A stretch of 5,804 bases of DNA, from assembly GCF_006345805.1 (NCBI RefSeq), contig NW_021829972.1, positions 1 through 5,804 on the forward strand, in the 5' to 3' direction. Both the position numbers and the translations under genes were made by a program. The notes beneath the pieces were generated by a model. That model ran no database searches and was not told the DNA's origin. It worked only from the letters and a program-made list of their open reading frames with translations. Shown piece by piece: positions 1-5,804 of this stretch (positions are counted from its first letter, which is position 1; each line of letters opens with the position of its first letter). The stretch comes from Octopus sinensis (taxonomy: Eukaryota).

Positions 1-44
1 TAAGTTTGTTTAGCTGAGAACGTTTGGACATAGTTAAATTTTTC

Positions 45-415
45 GACACGCCTGCTTGTCTGTCAGCCTGTCTGCCTGTCTGTCTATTCTAAGATCTTTA
101 TATCATCAGTCCTGTCTATCTTAATTCTTTATTATCAGACGCTGCCGTTGTCTGCCCTAACTTCTCTGTGAGTCTCTTCCTACGTATCTCTGAAGTTCCC
201 TATATCAGTATGTCAGTGTATCTGTCAATCATTCTATTTATCTGTCAGTCAAAATGTCAGTTTCACTGTCAATCTGTCAACGGGTGTGTCAATTAAGTCA
301 AGCAGTAAGTAGTCAGTAGTCCGTCTGTTATTCAGTTGGTCGATGTCTATGTAATCTTACCAGCCCGCATACCTGTTAGTCTGGCTGCTTGACTAACCAA
401 CCGACCGACGACCAA
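45..415. repeat. Decayed TGTC/GTCA-type low-complexity (old microsatellite-like) tract
   Basis: Recurrent TGTC, CTGTC and TGTCAG words (e.g. cttgtctgtcagcctgtctgcctgtctgtc at ~55-84, ctgtcaatctgtcaac at ~266-281) without a strict period; no ORF in the track. Boundaries approximate. Confidence 0.5.
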
Positions 416-521
416 CGGCAAGTTATGGTGACGTCAGCAGTATGTTTTCTAATTCACCATCCCCCTTTATTCGTTGGTATAACCAACTCTGTAATTTGAT
501 ACAACTCTACATTGTACATTT

Positions 522-557
522 ACACACATAAACACACACACACACACACATACACAC

Positions 558-618
<61 letters not shown>
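522..618. repeat. (CA)n microsatellite, ~97 bp with a few interruptions
   Basis: Direct reading of the sequence. Confidence 0.98.
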
Positions 619-621
<3 letters not shown>

Positions 622-711
622 CACATGTGTTATGAATATATTAGTGAAGACAGGGATTTATGAGTTTTAAATGCCGTACCCCTTTATATGCACGCACGAA
701 AAAATGTGTAT

Positions 712-847
712 AGGCGTGGCTGCGTGACCACATGGATCCGGGCTCAGTCCGACTGTGTGGCACCTTGGGTAAGTGTCTTTTTCTATAGCCTCAGACCAAC
801 AAAAGCCTTGTGAGCAGATTTGGTAGACGGAAACAGATAAAAGCATG

Positions 848-850
<3 letters not shown>
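712..850 (+). mobile_element. tRNA-derived SINE, family A (CORE-like, Octopus OR2-type), 5' half only, with an internal deletion
   Basis: Aligns to the reverse complement of 1566-1927: GGCACCTTGGGTAAGTGTCTT..CTATAGCCTC..AAAGCCTTGTGAG..GATTTGGTAGACGGAAA. Degenerate B box GGCTCAGTCCG at ~740-750. GCACCTTGGGYAAGT resembles the MIR/CORE motif GTGACCTTGGGCAAGT. Family name is from memory. Confidence 0.88.

Positions 851-881
<31 letters not shown>
850..881. repeat. (AT)n microsatellite at the internal simple-repeat position of the family A SINE
   Basis: Pure AT dinucleotide run directly after the SINE head; the minus-strand copy has a TG/G-rich simple repeat at the equivalent position (~1752-1790). 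Confidence 0.95.
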
Positions 882-883
<2 letters not shown>

Positions 884-1046
884 TACCGAAGAGAGAAGTT
901 TGTAAAATTTGAATTACTTTAATCTTGAAACGCGTATATAATTAATCCTGGTCGTGTTGATTCATTGTTTTTCTCTTTGCCTTCGTAAAAAAGTATGTTT
1001 ACCGTCATGGAGATTCTTATAATAGCAGAAAGGGAATATATATATA

Positions 1047-1422
1047 CAGCAGTATCGCCCGGCGTTGCTCAGTTTTGTAAGGAAATACTATAAAGCTTTT
1101 TAGAGAGTTATAGCCAAAAAATAGCAAAAAATGGAAAAAAATGATGGTAATTTTTTTTTTTAGTTAAAAAGGTGGAGTTGCGTCCCCTAGACAGTTTGCG
1201 GTTTGTGTTTCTGATTCTCGACCCCATCGAATTGTCGATTTTTTTCAGACTGGGGGAACTTTCAAAATTTTCGCTGCTTTAGTTTTGAATTATGACATTG
1301 GCTATGTGTGTGTCAAGTTTCAATCATTCAGAATCGGTTTTGAAAGCCGTGTCAGGGTGAGGGTACGAGAAACATACACACAGAAACACGCAAACAGACA
1401 AACTGCCGTTATATATTAGAGA
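1047..1422 (-). mobile_element. Non-autonomous Helitron (rolling-circle transposon), family H1
   Basis: On the minus strand it starts A|TCTCTAATATATAACGGCAG (alternative start at 1428 from an ATCTCT duplication), then a short GTTT/GTCT/GTGT simple repeat. It ends AACTGAGCAACGCCGGGCGATACTGCTG|T, a GC hairpin plus CT(A)G with one base lost. Positions 1047-~1161 are homologous to the last ~120 bp of the Helitron at 4262-4659. Confidence 0.8.
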
Positions 1423-1565
1423 TAGAGATATATGTATATAAAGGATTGAATGTGAATTCGTCCTTGGAGTAGTTTCTAAAAGACTTATTCATTGTAAATC
1501 TAATATTTATAGTAATCACTCGCCACGTCGCGGACTCCTCTGTATATCACGGGTTTTTGCGGACG

Positions 1566-1927
1566 ATTCTTATATTCTTTTATTTGTTTCAGTCATTTGA
1601 CTGTGGCCATGCTTGAGCACCGCCTTTAGGCGAACAAATCGACCCCAGGACGTATAATTTGTAAGCCTAATACTTATTCTATCGGTCTGTTTTGCCGAAG
1701 GAGACGTAGACTCGCCAACATCGGTTGTCAAGTGATGGTGAGTGGGACAAACACAGACACACATCCCCACATACACCCCCACATACATTTTCCGTTTACC
1801 AAATCCCCTCATAAGGCTTTGGTCGGCCCGAGGCTATAGTAGAAGACACTTGCCCCAGGTGCCATGCGGTGGGACTGAACCCGTAACCATGTAGTCGGTA
1901 AGCAAGCTACTTACCACACACCCACTC
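1566..1927 (-). mobile_element. tRNA-derived SINE, family A (CORE-like, Octopus OR2-type), near full length
   Basis: Minus strand: A-box-like GTGGGTGTGTGG, hairpin GGTAAG-N7-CTTACC (1897-1915), B box GGTTCAGTCCC (1871-1881), CORE-like GGCACCTGGGGCAAGTGTCTT, internal TG/G-rich repeat, 3' body ending GCATGGCCACAGTCAAATGACTGAAACAAAT and an (A)TAA(AA)GAAT tail repeat. Confidence 0.9.
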
Positions 1928-2056
1928 AGGTATTTATATTGTTTTTAGATTTTAATTATTTCTGTGGTAAAATAAGCATTTTCACGCCTAAAATGTAATA
2001 GATTAATAAATAAAAATACGGTACAATACTGTCCTGTATAACACATTAATCAAAAT

Positions 2057-2253
2057 ATAGAAGGGACAAACAAGGACAGACAAACGGATTAAGTCGATTA
2101 CCCCAGTGCGTAACTGGTACTTACTTAATTGGCCCCGAAAGGATGAAAGGCAATGTCGACCTCGGCGGAATTTGAACTCAGAACATAACGGCAGACGAAA
2201 TAGCGCTAGGCATTTTGCTCGGCGTGTTAACGTTTCTGCCAGCTCGCTGCCTT
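2057..2253 (-). mobile_element. tRNA-derived SINE, family B (Octopus OR1/OK-type), 3' tail truncated
   Basis: Reverse complement GGCAGCGAGCTGGCAGAAACG...GAGTTCAAATTCCGCCGAGGTCGAC...CTTTCATCCTTTCGGGG...GTACCAGTTACGCACTGGGG...TCGACTTAATCCGTTTGTCTGTCCTTG aligns over its length to 3401-3600. B box GAGTTCAAATTCC present. Confidence 0.9.
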
Positions 2254-2254
2254 T

Positions 2255-3268
2255 TTGTGTGGGAATATAGTCGGTTCAGTAGAAGGTTCGAATGCGGCTG
2301 TGGGATTGAAACGAAAAATAAAACATTTATTTCCAGATGTTTTCTTGGATGAACTGGGCTGCTGCACGAAAATGAAGGTAAAAATTGTAGTAAAATAAAG
2401 TACAATACCTGCATTTGAGCCAAAACGTAATGTGCCGTTCGCAGCACTAGAACAGATAAATAAGGAACTTGAAAGACTTGAAAGCCTAGGAATAATCGAG
2501 AAGATGGACCATTCAGATTGGGCAGCATCTATGGTCTACGTGAAAAAGAAAAATGATAAGTTAAGAGTTTGTGCAAATTTTTCAACAGGGTTGAATGATT
2601 GCTTAATCTCACATAACTACACATTGCTGAGTCTTGAAGAAGAGTTCGCAAAATTGAATGGAGGGAAATTCTTCACAAAATTAGAACTCTTGGAAGCATA
2701 ATTACAAATCCAAGTAGAAGAAGAATGCCCACACTTATTCGCCATTGATACACACCGTGGCTTATTTAAATTTAAGCAGCTTCCCTACGGTGTAAAAGTG
2801 GCCCCTTCCATATTTCAACAAGTAATGGATACAATGCTGACGGCGCCTATTTAGACGATGTCTTAATAAAAAGTCAATCACACGAACAGCGTATAGGACA
2901 CGTAAAAAGGGTATATGAAAAGATAAGAGAATACGGCTTTTAGTTAAGTGAAGAAAAAATACGAGTTCTTTCCGAAAAATAAGTTAAATACTTGAGTCAG
3001 ATAATAGATAAAAACGGATGGAAACCGGATCCATCCAGAGCAACTGCGATTAAAAAAAATATGTCCACGCCGAATAATGTGACTATGCTACAAGCATTCT
3101 TGGGATTAGTAAATTACTATCAAATTTATATTCCCAATATACACAATGAAGTGTTAAAAGAAAAATACAAAATGGTGCTGGACTGACAAGTGCCAGAAGG
3201 CATTTAACGAATTAAAAAACATTTTAACATCGAACTTATCGTTAACGCATTTTGATCCGAAGTTGGAT
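2255..3268 (+). pseudogene. pol: Decayed Ty3/gypsy LTR-retrotransposon pol fragment (reverse transcriptase plus connection domain; K02A2.6/Mag-like)
   Basis: Manual translation across lesions: ...HLFPDVFLDELGCCTKMKVKIVVK*STIPAFEPKRNVPFAALEQINKELERLESLGIIEKMDHSDWAASMVYVKKKNDKLRVCANFSTGLN...FAKLNGGKFFTKLELLEA*LQI...THRGLFKFKQLPYGVKVAPSIFQQVMDTML / AYLDD (YLDD codons 2848-2859) ...EYGF*LSEEK / VKYLSQIIDKNGWKPDPSRATAIK..MSTPNNVTMLQAFLGLVNYYQIYIPN / TKWCWTDKCQKAFNELKNILTSNLSLTHFDPKLD. These are canonical gypsy RT motifs. At least three in-frame stops and several frameshifts. Track ORFs 2432-2701 and 2992-3186 are pieces of it. No LTRs seen. Confidence 0.95.
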
Positions 3269-3400
3269 CGGTCAAGTATAATGAACAAAGATGAAAATGT
3301 ACAGGAGTTTATCAGAGAATAGTTACAAAAAATATAGGTCGCTAATATCATTGACTATATTTTATAAGATATTGGGCAAATTGTTTGATCATTTAAGAAA

Positions 3401-3637
3401 GGCGGTGAGCTGGCAAAATTTTTAGCACGCCGGGCGAAATTATTAGCGGTATTTCGTCTGCCGTTAAGTTCTGAGTTCAAATTCCGCCGAGGTCGACTTT
3501 GCCTTTTATCCTTTCGGAGTCGATAAATTAGGTACCAGTTGCGCACTGGGGTTGATGTAATCGACTTAATTCGTTTGTCTGTCCTTGTTTATCCTCTCTG
3601 TGTTTAGCCCCTTGTGGGTAGTAAAGAAATAGAAATA
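3401..3637 (+). mobile_element. tRNA-derived SINE, family B, full-length copy (unit 1 of tandem cluster)
   Basis: Starts GGCGGTGAGCTGGCA (A-box region), B box GAGTTCAAATTCC at 3473-3485, central GTCGACTTTGCCTTTTATCCTTTCGG, ends CCCCTTGTGGGTAGTAAAGAAATAGAAATA. Confidence 0.92.
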
Positions 3638-3825
3638 GGTATTTCGTCTGTCGCTACGTTCTGAGTTCAAATTCCGCCGAGGTCGACTTTGCTTTTCATC
3701 CTTTTGGGGTCTATTAAATAATTACCAGTTACGCACTGGATTCGATATGATCGACTTAATCTATCTGTCTGTCCTTGTTTCTCTCCTCTGTGTGTATCCC
3801 CTTGTGGGCAGTAAAGAAATAAGAA
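3638..3825 (+). mobile_element. SINE family B, 5'-truncated copy fused directly to unit 1 (unit 2)
   Basis: Begins at the internal GGTATTTCGTCTG (equivalent to 3448 in unit 1, 190-bp offset) and is colinear to CCCCTTGTGGGCAGTAAAGAAATAAGAA. A-box region absent. Confidence 0.9.
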
Positions 3826-3830
3826 TTGTT

Positions 3831-4020
3831 TGCATGCTGGATATAATGTTTAGCGGCATTTCGTCCGTCTTCAGCTTCCGTGTTCAAATGCCGCCGAGGT
3901 CAACTTTGCCTTTCATGCTTACAGAGTTGATAAAATAAGTGCCGGTCGAGTACTATGGTTGATGTAATCGACACCCCCACCCCTCAAAATTTGTCCTTGT
4001 ACCCAAATAAGAAAATAATA
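3831..4020 (+). mobile_element. Older, more diverged family B-related SINE with a different 3' tail (unit 3)
   Basis: GCATGCTGG..AATGTTTAGCGGCATTTCGTCCGTC..GTTCAAATGCCGCCGAGGTCAACTTTGCCTTTCAT..GATAAAATAAGT..GATGTAATCGAC aligns to unit 1; the sequence then diverges to ACCCCCACCCCTCAAAATTTGTCCTTGTACCCAAATAAGAAAATAATA. Confidence 0.82.
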
Positions 4021-4261
4021 CTATGTATATGTGATAACTTAAAAGGAAGTTGCTGTGTAAGGTGGATCAATGCAAAAAGATACAAAGTAAACTACAAAAA
4101 TAAAAGAAAAAAGCAAAACAGACTTTCAGTTTTACCCTGTATTTTTATATTTCGGACTATTTGGAAACTACCACTTTCTTCAGATACCCTGAGGGACGGG
4201 AAAACAGCAGCCGTTTCCCAAATACCTTGAAGAAGGGGGTCTTCTTCCCGAAATATAGAAA

Positions 4262-4659
4262 TCTTTATATATAAAAGTGAAGTTGTGTGTCTGTCTCCTA
4301 CGATTTAGATTCCTAACTACTCCCACATTTTGCGGTGCAGTTTAACCAAAACCGGGTATCTTATAGCCGTGATTCATATCGAGCCCTTCTGGGTATTAGC
4401 GCGCGTCTACGATGAGTCTACGATTTTAAAAATAATTTACCATCATTTCTTTTCCATTTTAATGCATTTTTTCGCTATTATATAAGGGAAGTAACTCTCT
4501 AAAAATGTCTACGATGAGTCAACGATTTAAAAAAAATTTACCATCATTTTTTTCCCATCTTTAGTGCATTTTTTTGCTATTTTTTGGCTATAACTCTCTA
4601 AAAATGCTTATATAGTTATTTCCCTTACAAACCCGAGCAACGCCAGGCGATACTGCTAG
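4262..4659 (+). mobile_element. Non-autonomous Helitron, family H2, complete (398 bp)
   Basis: 5' A|TCTTTATATATAAAAGTGAAGTTGTGTGTCTGTC; 3' CCCGAGCAACGCCAGGC hairpin, then GATACTG-CTAG|T. It sits between host A4261 and T4660 with no target-site duplication, all canonical Helitron hallmarks. Confidence 0.92.
4405..4605 (+). repeat. Two-unit ~100-bp tandem repeat inside Helitron H2 (4405-4506, 4507-4605)
   Basis: Both units run GTCTACGATGAGTC(T/A)ACGATTT...TTTACCATCATTT...GCATTTTTT.GCTATT...TAACTCTCTAAAAAT. Confidence 0.92.
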
Positions 4660-4892
4660 TATATGGTAAAACTGTAACTTTTTTAGGTTGTCTTTTCTTT
4701 TGTAGCTTACTTTGGACCTTCTCGCATTGCTCCGGCCTTACATAACCTTCTTTAAAGTTATACCCACAATGCTTCATCCAAATTACTCCATTTAAGGGGA
4801 GAGTGAAATGGTGAGTGAAATGTATAATTTGTTTCTTAACTAAGATGTTTTTCTTCCGTCACTTAGCCCGTCTGAAACGCTTTCACATGATT

Positions 4893-5053
4893 AGATGAAG
4901 GGAAAGGTGAAGAGCGAAAGAAAAAGGAGGGAGAAAAAGATAGTAATGTGAAGAGAGAGAGAAAGAAGGAGAGTGTTGTGTATTAAGTCTATAAAGTTGT
5001 TCATTAAGCATATAAAGTGTATATAAAGTGTATGTGAAAAGTGTATATAAAGT
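4893..5053 (+). repeat. GA-rich polypurine tract (4893-4973) followed by a degenerate 11-bp minisatellite (ATATAAAGTGT, ~4 units, ~5010-5053)
   Basis: Direct reading: gcATATAAAGTGT ATATAAAGTGT ATGTGAAAAGTGT ATATAAAGT. Confidence 0.65.
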
Positions 5054-5145
5054 AATCATCGTATTCCAATTTCCTACAATTTTCAATGATTAGCGGATGA
5101 GCGACTATCTTTTGATACAGACACAACACAGGCTACGCTTTCAAG

Positions 5146-5179
5146 TTTTTTTTTTGTTCTTTTTTTTGTTTTTTTTTTT
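5146..5179. repeat. Interrupted poly(T) tract
   Basis: 34 nt, nearly all T. Confidence 0.85.
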
Positions 5180-5218
5180 ATAAAGTTTTCACAAATAATC
5201 CAATAAGTTTACCATTAA

Positions 5219-5247
5219 TTCCGTGAAATATTCACGGGACCCGCTAG
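5219..5247 (+). mobile_element. 3' terminus of a third Helitron-type element (H3); 5' extent undefined
   Basis: Perfect 7-bp stem CCGTGAA-ATA-TTCACGG (5221-5237), six nt spacer, then CTAG (5244-5247) followed by T: the canonical Helitron hairpin + CTRR|T. No similarity to the H1/H2 end. Confidence 0.65.
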
Positions 5248-5671
5248 TAACTAATAAATTTAATATATAATTTTTTTCATTGAGATGTAGGTAAAAACAG
5301 AAATTATATGCACCCAAGTTTAATGTAATATCTAGAAACTTTACTATACGAAAGATTAATATAACATATTGTATACGCGAGTGGGTGAGTACATATATAC
5401 GGTAGTCAAATTTCTTCTGACTAGTTGCATTGTGCTTAGATAGTAGAAATGAGTCGACTAACTAAAGTGTCTAGACGAAAACAAAGCAGGTGAAGGAATC
5501 TGGTTAAATCTTTTGAATATGATGGATATGAAGAGGCAATAGAGGCTGAAGACGTCTCTTTAATTTACACAGCTAAATAGCAAAATACAAGTTAGTTTGG
5601 CGTTTGATAAATCACCATTTGTTGCTATTGTTTCCATTGTTACGCCATTTGAGCAGGGTGAAAGAAGGACG

Positions 5672-5672
<1 letters not shown>

Positions 5673-5714
<42 letters not shown>

Positions 5715-5750
5715 CGTGCGTGCGTGTGTGCGTGTGTGAATATGTGTGTG
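5673..5750. repeat. (TG)n microsatellite with TGCG/TATG variants
   Basis: Direct reading of the sequence. Confidence 0.97.
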
Positions 5751-5804
5751 AAAATATCTGTACGTATTTGAATGTCTGTTCAAGGAAGAGAAATGTGATT
5801 GGGA

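Larger units (their letters stand above)
4034..4761. repeat. Degenerate long inverted repeat (foldback/MITE-like element, ~330 bp), centre ~4208, right arm interrupted by a Helitron
   Basis: The reverse complement of 4034-4207 aligns to 4209-4261 joined to 4660-4761. Example: TTTGTAGTTTACTTTGTATCTTTTTGCATTGATCC-ACCTTACA vs TTTGTAGCTTACTTTGGACCTTCTCGCATTGCTCCGGCCTTACA. Both arms end in AAGTTAT. Confidence 0.8.

Noticed and set aside
429-436. Palindromic CRE site TGACGTCA, preceded by a partial RFX-like GTTATGGTGAC
   Set aside because: A single 8-mer with no supported promoter or gene nearby; compatible with chance.
1758-1810. Possible minus-strand G-quadruplex from GGGG tracts
   Set aside because: Only three tracts of four or more G, one separated by a long loop; it is a variant of the SINE's internal simple repeat.
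1570-1812. 80-aa minus-strand ORF
   Set aside because: Lies wholly inside the SINE A 3' half; includes translated TG repeat (VGVYVGMCVCVC).
1871-1927. tRNA-like A/B boxes (also at 3405-3485) as possible tRNA genes
   Set aside because: No complete cloverleaf or acceptor stem; each continues into a SINE body.
2054-2270. AATATAG on both sides of the minus-strand SINE B as a possible TSD
   Set aside because: The left copy overlaps SINE sequence and the right copy is ~10 nt away from the SINE end, inside the gypsy frame; not a true TSD.
2178-2528. 116-aa minus-strand ORF (longest in the track)
   Set aside because: Antisense to the gypsy pol fragment and running into a SINE; no recognisable domain.
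3154-3546. Minus-strand ORFs 3154-3351 and 3355-3546
   Set aside because: Antisense to gypsy sequence and SINE B respectively; short, no motifs.
3401-4020. Repeated blocks suggesting a CRISPR-like or regular repeat-spacer array
   Set aside because: Whole ~190-bp units are homologous (no unique spacers), they carry Pol III boxes, and the context is eukaryotic with no cas genes.
3747-4230. Plus-strand ORFs 3747-3938 and 3955-4230
   Set aside because: They cross SINE/SINE and SINE/foldback boundaries; the K-rich stretch is translated A-rich DNA.
4706-4810. Exon-like segment: polypyrimidine-TAG acceptor at 4705 and ATG|GTGAGT donor at 4811, 105 nt
   Set aside because: All three frames contain stops. 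The acceptor is part of the foldback arm and the donor is part of a GAGTGAAATG direct repeat. A non-coding exon cannot be excluded without RNA-seq.
4883-5086. 67-aa minus-strand ORF
   Set aside because: Translation of the 11-bp minisatellite (TLYTL repeats) and the polypyrimidine strand.
5449-5580. Short frame MSRLTKVSRRKQSR*RNLVKSFEYDGYEEAIEAEDVSLIYTAK* with one internal TGA
   Set aside because: Only 44 codons, no recognisable domain, no SECIS or readthrough evidence. It could be a transposon remnant; a TBLASTX search would decide.

Overview
Eukaryotic, repeat-saturated non-coding DNA. The SINE and Helitron families look like those of Octopus (coleoid cephalopod); this is my recognition, not a database result. 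I find no intact gene, RNA gene or CRISPR array. Contents: (i) two tRNA-derived SINE families in six copies, including a tandem cluster of three; (ii) a decayed Ty3/gypsy pol fragment (RT with YLDD plus connection region; stops, frameshifts, RNase H missing); (iii) two near-complete non-autonomous Helitrons in opposite orientations that share a 3' module but have different bodies, plus a third, unrelated Helitron-type 3' end; (iv) a degenerate ~330-bp foldback palindrome, visible only after the plus-strand Helitron is removed; (v) CA, TA and TG microsatellites and low-complexity DNA. All seven supplied ORFs are gypsy fragments or by-products of repeats. I see no evidence of a new protein-coding system. 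The points of interest are structural: nesting, module sharing between repeat families, SINE tandemisation and a high density of inverted repeats.
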